Assembly (NCBI GenBank): GCA_963734535.1
Contig: CAVTHS010000010.1
Location: 32,001-96,000 of the forward strand
Direction: 5' to 3'
DNA length: 64,000 nt
Source of the DNA: an uncultured Chloroflexia bacterium
GTDB lineage: Bacteria > Chloroflexota > Limnocylindria > Limnocylindrales > CSP1-4
The number at the start of each line of letters is the position of its first letter. Position 1 is the stretch's first letter. A program made the translations under genes and the position numbers. Shown one piece after another: positions 1-9,358 of the stretch. The notes below the pieces were generated by a model, which saw nothing but the letters and a program-made list of their open reading frames with translations, did not search any database and had not been told where the DNA came from.

Positions 1-834
1 GGTCAGGTAGCCAAGCTCGCTCGCGATGCGGAAGTTCTGCTCCATCGAGCGGCCGATGACGGCGACCTTCCGGTTGAAGCTGGCCGCGGCGTCGAGGACC
101 TGCTGGACGCGGGCGATGTTGCTGGCGAAGGTCGCGACGATCACCCGGCCGTCGAGCGGCTCCATGATCTCGCGGAACGCCTCGCCGACCGTCCGCTCCG
201 ACGGCGTGTAGCCGGGGTTCTCGGCTCGCGTCGAGTCCGAAAGCAGGCAGATCACGCCCTCCTCGCCCAGCTTGGCGAGGATATGGAAGTCCGAGAGCCT
301 GCCGTCCACCGGCGTGTGGTCGAACTTGAAGTCGCCCGTGTGGACGATCGTGCCCACCGGCGTCCGCAGCGCGATCCCCATCGCATCCGGGATCGAGTGC
401 CCGATCCGGAACGGGACGACCGTGAACGGCCCGATGGGGACGACGTCGCCCGGCTCGAGCCCGATCAGCGGGTTGTTGTGGAGCTTGTGCTCCTTGATCT
501 TGTTGCCGAGCAGGCCGCGGGCCAGGGTCGATGCGTAGACCGGGACGCCGGGGAACTCCGGGAGGACGTATGGCAGGGCGCCGACGTGATCCTCGTGGGC
601 GTGGGTGATGAGGAACGCACGGACGTTGGCCCGGTGCTCCTTGAGGTAGGTGATGTCGGGGATGACGAGGTCGATGCCGAACATCTCCTCGTCGGGGAAC
701 ATCAGGCCGCAGTCGATGACGACGATGTCGTCCCCGTACTCGAAGACGTACATGTTCTTGCCGATCTCCCCCACCCCGCCGAGCGGGATGATGCGGAGCG
801 GCGTGTCGTTGGTGGCGGGATTCTGGCTGGTCAT
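1..834 (-). CDS. rnj: Ribonuclease J (N-terminal part; gene runs off window start)
   Basis: Manual translation: MTSQNPATNDTPLRIIPLGGVGEIGKNMYVFEYGDDIVVIDCG...LITHAHEDHVGALP...HSIPD...HTGDFKFD...ATFASNIARVQQ; metallo-beta-lactamase HxHxDH motif and RNase J signatures. Confidence 0.96.
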   Translation of the reverse strand, partial: MTSQNPATNDTPLRIIPLGGVGEIGKNMYVFEYGDDIVVIDCGLMFPDEEMFGIDLVIPDITYLKEHRANVRAFLITHAHEDHVGALPYVLPEFPGVPVYASTLARGLLGNKIKEHKLHNNPLIGLEPGDVVPIGPFTVVPFRIGHSIPDAMGIALRTPVGTIVHTGDFKFDHTPVDGRLSDFHILAKLGEEGVICLLSDSTRAENPGYTPSERTVGEAFREIMEPLDGRVIVATFASNIARVQQVLDAAASFNRKVAVIGRSMEQNFRIASELGYLT

Positions 835-838
835 GGCC

Positions 839-1546
839 TCACGTGAAGAGCGTCAGTTGATCGGTCTCGGATGGATGGGGTGTCGCGTCGGGCGGCTCCT
901 CGGCGACGACTTCAGGTGGCGGTGGGGTTGCCCGAGCGCCGGCCCGGCGCTCGCGGAGCTGGCGCGCCTCGACCAGCGCGGCGGGGATCCGGGCCATGTC
1001 CGCGAAGCTGGTCGCCTCGACGGCCGCCGCCCGCAGCGCGGCCGCCGGATGGTACATGGCGAAGACGCGGGCATTGGCCGCGCCGGTCCCTGGATCGACG
1101 TCGCCGACGCTCCCGTGCGCCCGGCTGATCGTTGTTCCCGGCATGAACCGGCCCATCGAGTGCCGGCCGAGCGTCACCACGAGGGCGGGATCGAGCACCG
1201 CGAGCTGGCGCCGAAGGTACGGCGCGCAGGCCGCGACCTCGTCGGGCTCCGGATCCCGGTTGTCGGGCGGCCGGCACTTCACGACGTTCGTGATGAAGAC
1301 GTCGTCGCGCTGCCAGCCGATCGACCCGAGCAGGCGGACGAGCAGGTCACCCGCCCGCCCGACGAACGGCCGGCCCAGGCGATCCTCGTTCACGCCGGGG
1401 CCCTCGCCGACGAGCACCACCTCGGTCATCGGGTCTCCCTCGCCGGGCACGGCGTTCGTGCGGCCGGCATGGAGCCGGCAGGCAGTGCAGGCCCGAACCT
1501 CCGCCGCGATCGCATCGAGCGCCGCGCGGCGTTCGGGGTCCGTCAC
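839..1546 (-). CDS. udg: Uracil-DNA glycosylase, family 4 (Fe-S type)
   Basis: CTACRL, VGEGPG, PFVGRAG, NVVKCRPPDNR, YHPAAALR motifs; GTG start overlaps asd stop (GTGA). Confidence 0.93.
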   Translation of the reverse strand: MTDPERRAALDAIAAEVRACTACRLHAGRTNAVPGEGDPMTEVVLVGEGPGVNEDRLGRPFVGRAGDLLVRLLGSIGWQRDDVFITNVVKCRPPDNRDPEPDEVAACAPYLRRQLAVLDPALVVTLGRHSMGRFMPGTTISRAHGSVGDVDPGTGAANARVFAMYHPAAALRAAAVEATSFADMARIPAALVEARQLRERRAGARATPPPPEVVAEEPPDATPHPSETDQLTLFT

Positions 1547-2625
1547 GCGGGCGTCTCCGCCTCCGCAGGCCGCGCGCGGCGCGATGCGGGCGCCACCCAA
1601 CCGCGCGCAACCAGCAGCTCGGCCAGCTCCACTGCGTTCGTCGCTGCGCCCTTGCGCACGTTGTCGGAGACGCACCAGAAGGCAAGGCCGCGCCCGTCGG
1701 GGATCGACGGGTCCTGCCGGACGCGACCGACGAAGACCTCGTCCCGGCCGGCCGCCTGGGTGGCGAGCGGGTAGATATGGGAGGCCGGCTCGTCGCGGAC
1801 GACCACGCCCGGCACGTCCGCGAAGAGCGCCCGGGCGGCCGCCGGTGTCACTCGCGCGCGCGTCTCGACGTGGACCGCCTCCGAATGCCCGACGAACACG
1901 GGGATGCGGACCGCCGTGCAGGAGAGGCGAAGGTCCGGCAGGTGGAGGATCTTGCGGCTCTCCGAGACGACCTTCCACTCCTCCTTCGTGTAGCCGTTGT
2001 CGAGGAACGTGTCGATCTCCGGCAGCGCGTTGAACGCGATCGGGTGCGGGTACACAGAGGCTTCCTTGGGAGCGCCCGCCGCGTGCGCGCGGATCTGGGT
2101 CTCCAGCTCCGCGATCGCGTCGGCGCCGGTGCCCGAGACGGCCTGGTAGGTGTCGACCACGACGCGCTCGAGGCCGGGACCGTCGCGCAGCGCCATCAGG
2201 AGGGGGACGAGCTGCATCGTGCTGCAGTTCGGGTTGGCGATGATCCCCTCGTGGGTCGCGAGGTCATCCGGGTTGACCTGGCTCACGACGAGCGGGATCC
2301 CCGCCTCCATCCGCCACGCGCTGGAGTTGTCGATCACCGCGCAGCCGCGTGCGACGGCCTGGGGCGCGAGCTCGCGGGAGACGTCCGCCCCGGCCGAGAA
2401 GAGCGCGATGTCGACGCCCTCGAACGCCTCCGGCGTCGCTTCCATCACCGCGACCGGGCGCCCGGCGACGGGGACCGTCATGCCGGCCGAGCGCCCGGAG
2501 GCGAGGAGCCGGAGCTCCGCCATCGGGAAGGCCCGCTCCAGCAGGACCGAGATCATCGTGCGGCCGACGACGCCGGTGGCGCCGACGACCGCGACCGTGA
2601 GGGGCCGGGGGGTCGTGAGGGACAT
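1543..2625 (-). CDS. asd: Aspartate-semialdehyde dehydrogenase
   Basis: VVGATGVVG, IDNSSAWR, ANPNCST, YQAVSGTG, DNVRKGAATN; alternative leaderless GTG start at 2658. Confidence 0.96.
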   Translation of the reverse strand: MSLTTPRPLTVAVVGATGVVGRTMISVLLERAFPMAELRLLASGRSAGMTVPVAGRPVAVMEATPEAFEGVDIALFSAGADVSRELAPQAVARGCAVIDNSSAWRMEAGIPLVVSQVNPDDLATHEGIIANPNCSTMQLVPLLMALRDGPGLERVVVDTYQAVSGTGADAIAELETQIRAHAAGAPKEASVYPHPIAFNALPEIDTFLDNGYTKEEWKVVSESRKILHLPDLRLSCTAVRIPVFVGHSEAVHVETRARVTPAAARALFADVPGVVVRDEPASHIYPLATQAAGRDEVFVGRVRQDPSIPDGRGLAFWCVSDNVRKGAATNAVELAELLVARGWVAPASRRARPAEAETPA

Positions 2626-2664
2626 GGCTCCGCTGCTCGTGAATGGACTGGCGGGCACGGCGCG

Positions 2665-2670
2665 AGTATA
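2665..2670 (-). promoter_or_regulatory. Candidate -10 element (TATACT) for asd
   Basis: TATACT hexamer stands out in GC-rich DNA; the same TATACTcgcgcc string lies upstream of def. Confidence 0.6.
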
Positions 2671-2742
2671 CCAGCGTGCCCCCGGTCTCCCGGGGGCACG
2701 CGATCGGCGATGCGGGCCGTCCGTGGACGAGCCCGTCGCTGG

Positions 2743-5322
2743 TCAGCTCTTGGCGAGATGCCGCTGCATGGCGGCCTTGCGGGACAGGTTGACCCGGCCC
2801 TGGCGATCGACCTCGGTCACCACGACCATCACCTCGTCACCGACCGAGACCACGTCCTCGACGGAGGGAACGTGATAGTCGGCCAGCTCGCCGATGCGGA
2901 CGAGGCCCTCCTTGCCGGGCAGGATCTCCACGAAAGCGCCGAAGGTCATGAGGCGGGTCACGGTGCCCAGGTACAGGGCGCCGATCTCGACCTCGCGGGT
3001 GAGGGACTCGATCCAGTTGATCGCCTTGCGGGCGTTCTCGCCGGAGACGGCGGCGATCTCGACGGTGCCGTCGTCCTCGACGTTGATCTCCGTGCCCGTC
3101 TCCTCCTGGATCTTCCGGATCATGGAGCCGCCCTTGCCGATGATCTCGCGGATCTTCTCCGGGTTGATCTTGATCTTCGTGATGCGCGGCGCGAAGTCGC
3201 TCATCGTGTCGCGGGCGGTCGGCAGGACTTCGAGCATCTTGTCGAGGATGCTCATCCGCGCGGCGTGGGCCTTCTCGAGCCCCTGCCGGATGATCGCCTC
3301 GCTGATGCCGGTCACCTTGATGTCCATCTGGAGGGCGGTGATCCCATCCCGGGTGCCGGTGACCTTGAAGTCCATGTCCCCGAACGCATCCTCCTTGCCG
3401 AGGATGTCGGTCAGGACCGTGAACGTCCCGTCCGCTTCCGACATGAGGCCCATCGCCGCGCCGGCGACCGGCGCCGTGATCGGGACGCCGGCGTCCATGA
3501 GCGCGAGCGTGGAGCCGCACGTGGACGCCATCGAGGTTGAGCCGTTGGACGTCACGCACTCGGAGACGAGGCGGATGACGTAGGGGAAGTCGTCCGAGCT
3601 GGGGAGCACCGGCAGGAGCGCCCGCTCCGCGAGGTGGCCGTGGCCGATCTCGCGCCGGCCGGGGCCCCGCATCATCTTGTTCTCGCCGGTGCTGTACGGC
3701 GGCATGTTGTAGTGGTGGATGTAGCGCTTCTCGGTCTCCGGGCTGATCGTGTCGATCCGCTGCACGTCGGAGGACGGCCCGAGGGTCGCGATCGTGAGGG
3801 CCTGCGTCTCGCCGCGCGTGAACAGGCCGGAGCCGTGCGCACGCGGGAGGACGCCAACCTCGACCGTGATCGTCCGGAGCTCGTCGACGCCGCGCCCGTC
3901 CATGCGGATCCCCTCGGAGAGGGTCAGCTTCCGGGCAGTCTTCTTGTGGACCAGGCCGAAGAGCGACTTCGAGACGCGGGCCGCTCGGCGGGCCGCCTCG
4001 AGCTTCGCCTTCGCGTCGTCCTTCGACGTGCGGCTGGCACGGATGGAGTCCGCGATCCCATCGGCCAGCGTCGTGAGGCGCCCCGGCAGCTCCGCGGCGA
4101 TCGCGAGGACGAGCGCTGCGGTGGCCTCCGCGTCGGGAAGCGCGCGGTGCGCCTGCTTCAGCTCGATGCCGAAGAAGCGCGAGAGCTCGCCCAGCGTGTA
4201 GCTGGGAAGGTCCGGGTAGCCGTCCCGGGCGAGCGTGAGCGTATCGAGATACGTGCCCGGGCGAACGCGCGTCCCGTCGGCGAGCGCAGCCTCGAGGAAC
4301 GCGATGTCGAACCCGACGGAGTGGCCGACCAGGGTCGCCTCGCCGACGAACGCGAGCGCCTGCCTGGCGGCGTCCGCGGGGCTGGGTGCACCGGCGACGT
4401 CCTTGTCCGTGATCCCGTGCATCTGGTTGCCGAAGATCGATCGGCCCGGGTTGACGAACGTGGACCAGCGGTCGGCGACCTTGCCCTTCTTGATCCGGAC
4501 CGCGGCGATCTCGACCAGGTCGGCCATCTCGGCGTTCGTGCCCGTCGTCTCGACATCAAGCACGACGAGCTCGGCGCCGGCCTTGACCTTCGCGGCGAAG
4601 TCCAGCACGGAGCCGGTGCCGGCCTCGAGGAACGGGATCCGCTTCGTCTTGCCGACGGCCTCCTGGAGCTGGAGCTGGATGTCGACGAGCGGCTGGAGGG
4701 CGCGGTGACCGAACAGGATGGCCTCGGCCATCACCGACTCGGACAGGATCTTGGCGCCCGCCTCGACCATCATGATCGCGTCGCGAGTGCCCGAGACGAT
4801 GAGGTCGAGGTCCGACTCGGCCAGCTCGGACATCGTGGGATTGATCACGAACTCGCCGTCGATCCGGCCGATGCGCACGGCTCCGATCGGGCCGAGGAAC
4901 GGGATCTCGCTGATGGTCAGCGCGGCGGACGCGGCGATGGTGCCGAGGACGTCCGGGTTGTTCTCCTGGTCGGTGGAGAGGACGGTGAGGACGACCTGGA
5001 CGTCGTCCTTGTAGCCCTCGGGGAAGAGCGGCCGGATGGGCCGGTCGGTCAGCCGCGCCGCCAGGATGGCGGCCTCCGAGGGCCGCGATTCGCGCTTGAT
5101 GAAGCCGCCGGGGATCTTGCCGGCCGCATACATCCGCTCCTCGAAGTCCACCGTGAGCGGGAAGAAGTCCAGGCCCGGGCGGGGCTCGGACCGGTTGGCG
5201 GTGCCGAGCAGGACCGTGTCGCCGTACGTGACGGTGACGGAACCACCGGCCAGGCGGGCGAGCTTGCCCGTCTCGATGGTGAGGGGGCGTCCGCCGAACT
5301 CGACGGAAAAGGTGAGGGACAC
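2743..5322 (-). CDS. pnp: Polyribonucleotide nucleotidyltransferase (PNPase) with inserted DEDDh exonuclease domain
   Basis: FFPLTVDFEERMYAAGKIPGGFIKRE, RAHGSGLFTRGETQ, RREIGHG, SNGSTSMAS, EDAFGDMDFKV, KH (IIGKGG) and S1 domains; GTG start after AGAAAGG RBS; follows rpsO. Confidence 0.97.
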   Translation of the reverse strand: MSLTFSVEFGGRPLTIETGKLARLAGGSVTVTYGDTVLLGTANRSEPRPGLDFFPLTVDFEERMYAAGKIPGGFIKRESRPSEAAILAARLTDRPIRPLFPEGYKDDVQVVLTVLSTDQENNPDVLGTIAASAALTISEIPFLGPIGAVRIGRIDGEFVINPTMSELAESDLDLIVSGTRDAIMMVEAGAKILSESVMAEAILFGHRALQPLVDIQLQLQEAVGKTKRIPFLEAGTGSVLDFAAKVKAGAELVVLDVETTGTNAEMADLVEIAAVRIKKGKVADRWSTFVNPGRSIFGNQMHGITDKDVAGAPSPADAARQALAFVGEATLVGHSVGFDIAFLEAALADGTRVRPGTYLDTLTLARDGYPDLPSYTLGELSRFFGIELKQAHRALPDAEATAALVLAIAAELPGRLTTLADGIADSIRASRTSKDDAKAKLEAARRAARVSKSLFGLVHKKTARKLTLSEGIRMDGRGVDELRTITVEVGVLPRAHGSGLFTRGETQALTIATLGPSSDVQRIDTISPETEKRYIHHYNMPPYSTGENKMMRGPGRREIGHGHLAERALLPVLPSSDDFPYVIRLVSECVTSNGSTSMASTCGSTLALMDAGVPITAPVAGAAMGLMSEADGTFTVLTDILGKEDAFGDMDFKVTGTRDGITALQMDIKVTGISEAIIRQGLEKAHAARMSILDKMLEVLPTARDTMSDFAPRITKIKINPEKIREIIGKGGSMIRKIQEETGTEINVEDDGTVEIAAVSGENARKAINWIESLTREVEIGALYLGTVTRLMTFGAFVEILPGKEGLVRIGELADYHVPSVEDVVSVGDEVMVVVTEVDRQGRVNLSRKAAMQRHLAKS
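4090..4575 (-). other. DEDDh/DnaQ-like 3'-5' exonuclease domain inside pnp
   Basis: ExoI LDVETTG, HGITD, ExoII GHSVGFD, LDTLTLAR, ExoIII HRALPDA, all in frame with PNPase. Confidence 0.92.
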
Positions 5323-5425
5323 GAGCGTTCCTTTCTCGCTCGCGTCGGGGATGGACCGCTGCCGGCGTTTCGCGCCGACCTCCGGATGCATGAGGCCGGG
5401 GCGTTACCCCGGTCTCAGCGGGTGC

Positions 5426-5695
5426 TCAGCGGCGCAGGCCGAGCCGTGCGATGACGGCGCGGTAGCGCGGCGCATCCTTCTTCACGAGGTACGCGAGAAG
5501 GCGCCGGCGCTGGCCGACCAGCTTGAGGAGGCCGCGGCGGGAGTGGTTGTCCTTGGGATACTGCCTGAGATGCCCCGTCAGATCCTTGACCCGCTCCGTG
5601 AGGAGCGCAATCTGGACCTCGGGGGATCCGGTATCGCCTTCCCTTGTCGCAAAGTCAGCGACGATCCGGTCCTTGGTTTCCCGCACGAGCGGCAC
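5426..5695 (-). CDS. rpsO: 30S ribosomal protein S15
   Basis: [13 protein letters not shown]...[23 protein letters not shown]; GTG start after GGAGGA. Confidence 0.97.
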   Translation of the reverse strand: MPLVRETKDRIVADFATREGDTGSPEVQIALLTERVKDLTGHLRQYPKDNHSRRGLLKLVGQRRRLLAYLVKKDAPRYRAVIARLGLRR

Positions 5696-5754
5696 TCGGT
5701 CCTCCGACACGAAAACTTGTACTAACCGTTCTTGCAAACGTGCGTACCGTAGCA
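5696..5754 (-). promoter_or_regulatory. rpsO promoter (extended -10 TGcTACGGT) and AT-rich 5' leader, possible S15 autoregulatory site
   Basis: TGnTAnnnT at 5746-5754; low-GC leader; rpsO leaders are commonly regulated by S15. Confidence 0.5.
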
Positions 5755-5801
5755 GGGGCGGGCGGTTCCTGCAAACGCGGTCGGCCCCGACCCGCCCACC
5801 T

Positions 5802-6671
5802 TCAGGCCCATCGGACGAACGATACCCGCAGCCGACCGCCCGTCGGGGTCCCGTTCCTGGCGTCGACCCGGAGCGTTCCATCCGTGGACACGCGCACGAC
5901 CGCCCGGCTCGGGCGCGCCCGAGCGCTGCCGGGCGCGATCGCCGCCTCGAGCGTGGCCGCGTACGGCCCCGGCGGTGGGAGCGCGACCGGGACCTCGAAC
6001 GCCAGCGTCGCGCCCCGGCCGTCCATCGACCGATCGGCGATCTGGCCGGTGACCGCGACCCGCCGTCCAAGAAGCTCGCGGGCCGTCGCGAGGTCGCCCG
6101 TGGCGATCGCGGAACGGATCTCCGTGCTGCGCACCTGCCGCCCCCGGAGCTCGAATGGCGGGACGACCACGACCGAGAACCCGTCGCGATCGCCGAGCGC
6201 GGCGAGCGCCTGGGGCGTCCCGCGCCGTTCGTGGCCGAACGCCGCGTCCGGCGTCATCAGGAAGCCCGCCAGGCCGGTCCGCGACTCGATCGACGCGACG
6301 AAGGCGTCGTAGGGCGTCCGGCGGAGGGCTTCGTCGAAATGCTGAACGATTGTCACCTCGACGCCCGCCCGCGCCAGCCGGACCAGGCGCTCGACCGGAT
6401 CGCACAGGAGCGGCGGCGCGGCGCCCGCCATGATCTCGTCGGGGTGGTGATCGAACGTCAGCACGGCCGGGACGGCGCCCATGCGACCGGCGGCCCGGCG
6501 GAGCTCTCGCAGCAGGTAGGCATGCCCGCGGTGCAGCCCGTCGAAGACGCCCACGACGACCAGCAGCGGTCCGTGGCCCGGAAGGAGCGTGCTGACGCCG
6601 TGCAGCACCGACGATGGCCCGGTCGCGCGTCGGGCGACGGCCACCGGCAGCGAGGGAGCCTGCTCAGCCAC
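5802..6671 (-). CDS. ribF: FAD synthetase (FMN adenylyltransferase) with degenerate riboflavin kinase domain
   Basis: [32 protein letters not shown]; position truB-ribF-rpsO; C-terminal part lacks the PTAN motif; start approximate. Confidence 0.85.
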   Translation of the reverse strand: MAEQAPSLPVAVARRATGPSSVLHGVSTLLPGHGPLLVVVGVFDGLHRGHAYLLRELRRAAGRMGAVPAVLTFDHHPDEIMAGAAPPLLCDPVERLVRLARAGVEVTIVQHFDEALRRTPYDAFVASIESRTGLAGFLMTPDAAFGHERRGTPQALAALGDRDGFSVVVVPPFELRGRQVRSTEIRSAIATGDLATARELLGRRVAVTGQIADRSMDGRGATLAFEVPVALPPPGPYAATLEAAIAPGSARARPSRAVVRVSTDGTLRVDARNGTPTGGRLRVSFVRWA

Positions 6672-7794
6672 GAGGCGCGGCGGCGGCGCGCGGCACGAGC
6701 ACCTTGTCGGGCACGAGGCGGCCGCCGGCCCGCCGGGCGATCGCCGCCAGCGACCCGTCCTCGAGCACGAGCCGAACCCGGTCCGCACCCGCCGACGAGC
6801 CCGCAGCGGCCGAGGACATCGCGCCTGCCACCGGGCCGCCCGCCGGGATCCCGGACGGCGCCGGGAGCCGGCCGCCCTCCCCGATCCAGCCGCCGTGCGC
6901 GACCACGACGACCTCGTCCGGGCGGAGCGTGACGGCGGGAAGGTCGTCGAGGCCGGTGCCGACCGGGATGAGCAGGTCCGCGAAGCGCCCGCTTGCCGCG
7001 GCCTCGCGGGCCACGTCGAGGCTGATCGCGTCGTCGAGCGTGAACGGCCCCGCCGCGGTGCGGCGGAGCGCCCCGAGATACGCCGCGCTGCCGACCGCAG
7101 TCCCGAGATCGCGCGCGAGCGCCCGGACATAGGTGCCCGCGGAGCAGGCCACGTCGATGACCGCGAGCGGACGGTCCGGATCCGTCCCGTCCCACCGCTC
7201 CAGGGAGAGGGCGTGGAAGGTCGTCGCGCGAGCCGGCAGCTCCGGTGAGTGACCGGCCCTGGCAAGGGCGTACGCACGCCGCCCGCCGATCTTGCGCGCC
7301 GAGAACGCCGGCGGAAGCTGCAGGTGCGTCCCGAGGAAGCCTGCCAGGGCGGCCTCGACGACCTCCTGCGACGGGGCCGGCCCCTCGCTCGGCGTCAGCT
7401 CTCCCTCGAGGTCGTCGGTCGTCGACGACGCGCCGAAGCAGACGGTCGCCCGGTACGCCTTCCTGGCGCCGAGATGGAACTCCACGACCCGGGTCCCAAG
7501 GCCCAGGTAGAGCGGGAGGACTCCGGACGCGAACGGATCGAGGGTCCCGCCGTGGCCGATTCGCTTCGTCCCGGCGAGACGCCGCACGAGCGCGACGACG
7601 TCATGCGACGTCGGGCCGACCGGCTTGTCGACCACGAGGATGCCGTCGAGCCCGGCGTCGATCCGGCGCGGCCGCCGCTCACGCACAGGGTCGGCCGTCT
7701 GCGCCGGGTTCCCAGCGGCGGCGGGCAGCTCGTCCGTCATGGGCTCCTCGTCCGCGACTGGCTCCTCGTCCGTCCTGGACCCCCCGTCGCTCAT
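6664..7794 (-). CDS. truB: tRNA pseudouridine(55) synthase
   Basis: VDKPVGPTSHDVV, GHGGTLDPFASGVL, CSAGTYVRALARDLG; ATG overlaps nrnA stop. Confidence 0.96.
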   Translation of the reverse strand: MSDGGSRTDEEPVADEEPMTDELPAAAGNPAQTADPVRERRPRRIDAGLDGILVVDKPVGPTSHDVVALVRRLAGTKRIGHGGTLDPFASGVLPLYLGLGTRVVEFHLGARKAYRATVCFGASSTTDDLEGELTPSEGPAPSQEVVEAALAGFLGTHLQLPPAFSARKIGGRRAYALARAGHSPELPARATTFHALSLERWDGTDPDRPLAVIDVACSAGTYVRALARDLGTAVGSAAYLGALRRTAAGPFTLDDAISLDVAREAAASGRFADLLIPVGTGLDDLPAVTLRPDEVVVVAHGGWIGEGGRLPAPSGIPAGGPVAGAMSSAAAGSSAGADRVRLVLEDGSLAAIARRAGGRLVPDKVLVPRAAAAPRG

Positions 7795-8810
7795 CTCGCC
7801 ACGGCCCGGGCGAAGCGGATTGCCACCGGGAGGACGACGGCCGCGGCGTCGGCGAGCGGGAGGTCGACCGACGCGCCCGCGGCCCGGGCATGCCCGCCGC
7901 CCCCCCACGTTCCACACAGCGCAGTGGCGTCCACGCCGCCGGGCTTCGTCCGCACGGAGACCCGCGTCGCGTTGTCCTTCTCCTTGAGCAGCAACGCCAC
8001 CTCGGCCGTCTCCGACTGGGCGAGCAGGTCGATGATCCCCTCGGAGTGCTCCGAGCCCGCCCCGGTCGCGACCAGGTCGGCCAGCTCCATCGTCGACGCG
8101 ATCACGAGCCCGTCGGCGTGGGACTGGAGCCGCCCCAGGACGCGTCCGAAGAGCGCGAGCTGGGCATCCGGCTTCGTGCGGTAGAGACGCCGGCTGATCT
8201 CGGAGAGTGGCGCCCCCGCCTCCACGAGCGCGGCCGAGACCTGGAGGGTGCGGGGCGTCGCGTTCGGGTGGGCGAAGGTGGCCGTGTCCATCACGATCCC
8301 GGCCATCAGCGCCGCGGCGAGCCGTCCCTTCCCCAGCGTCAGGGGCACGCCGAGCCGGGTGGCGAGCAGCGCGACCATCTCGCAGGTTGCCGCAGCGCTC
8401 GCGTCGATCCAGACGAGGTCACCGGACGCGGCGTTGCTGGCGTGATGGTCGATCGTGAGGACCGGCGTGGCGGCAAACAGCGCGGCGTTCCGGTCGCGGA
8501 TCGCGCCCACACGCGACAGGTCGCCGCAGTCGCACAGGACCACCAGGTCATAGGCGGCGTCCGGCTCCGGGTCCGTCCGGACCGCGTCGGTGCCCTCGAG
8601 GAACCGGTACAGCTCCGGCACCGCATCCGACGCGGCGACGGTCGCCCGCCCGCCGCGGGCGTCGACGATGAGGCCGATGGCGATGGCGGCGCCCAGCGCG
8701 TCCGCGTCCGGGCTCTCGTGGCCGATGGCGAGCACGCGGCGTGCCCCGCGCAGGCGCTCTACCACTGCGTCTGGAACCGCCGTCGCGAGCGGTCGCAGGT
8801 CGATGCGCAT
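7791..8810 (-). CDS. nrnA: DHH/DHHA1 phosphoesterase (NrnA-like nanoRNase/pAp phosphatase)
   Basis: HESPDADALG, IDHH, MDTATF, GGGGHARAAG; usual rbfA-nrnA-truB position. Confidence 0.9.
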   Translation of the reverse strand: MRIDLRPLATAVPDAVVERLRGARRVLAIGHESPDADALGAAIAIGLIVDARGGRATVAASDAVPELYRFLEGTDAVRTDPEPDAAYDLVVLCDCGDLSRVGAIRDRNAALFAATPVLTIDHHASNAASGDLVWIDASAAATCEMVALLATRLGVPLTLGKGRLAAALMAGIVMDTATFAHPNATPRTLQVSAALVEAGAPLSEISRRLYRTKPDAQLALFGRVLGRLQSHADGLVIASTMELADLVATGAGSEHSEGIIDLLAQSETAEVALLLKEKDNATRVSVRTKPGGVDATALCGTWGGGGHARAAGASVDLPLADAAAVVLPVAIRFARAVAR

Positions 8811-9349
8811 CAGGGCTTCCGGCGCGGTCGCCGGGCGCGCGGAATCGGCCGACCGCCCGGCGAGGCGTGGGCGCGGGGGCGGGGGCGGCCGTCGGTTTCG
8901 GGCAGGGCGTCGGGCTCGGGCGTGTCGCCCTCGCGGGGCAGGCGCGCGACCGGTGTCGGCAGGGATTCCCTCACCGGCGCGTCCGCGATCGAGGCCGCCC
9001 GGGGTGCGTCGCCGCGCTCCAGCTCATCGAGGATCTGGAGGACGCGCGTGCCATGCTCCATGGACGCATCGAGCTCGACGTGGAGCGCCGGGATCCTCCG
9101 CAGGTGAAGCCGGACGCCCAGCTCCCGCCGGACGAACCCCATCGCCCGTTCCAGGGCCGCCAGCGTCTCGCGCCGTTCGGCGGTATCGCCGATCACGCTG
9201 ACCCAGACCTTGGCGTGCGAAAGGTCCCGCGTCGTCTCGACGTCGGTCACCGTGGCGAACCCGATGCGCGGGTCCGCGACCTCCCGGGCCAGGATCGCGC
9301 CGATCTCCTGGCGAAGGAGCTCGTCGACGCGATCCGTGCGCTGGCTCAT
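8810..9349 (-). CDS. rbfA: Ribosome-binding factor A with Pro/Arg-rich C-terminal tail
   Basis: RTDRVDELLRQEI...DPRIGFATVTDVETTRDLSHAKVWVS...LRRIPALH. Confidence 0.95.
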   Translation of the reverse strand: MSQRTDRVDELLRQEIGAILAREVADPRIGFATVTDVETTRDLSHAKVWVSVIGDTAERRETLAALERAMGFVRRELGVRLHLRRIPALHVELDASMEHGTRVLQILDELERGDAPRAASIADAPVRESLPTPVARLPREGDTPEPDALPETDGRPRPRAHASPGGRPIPRARRPRRKP

Positions 9350-9358
9350 CGGCGGCCC

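Noticed and set aside
4090-4575. PNPase insert as an intein or mobile element
   Set aside because: No Cys/Ser start, His-Asn end, homing-endonuclease motifs or flanking repeats; the motifs are those of a DEDDh exonuclease.
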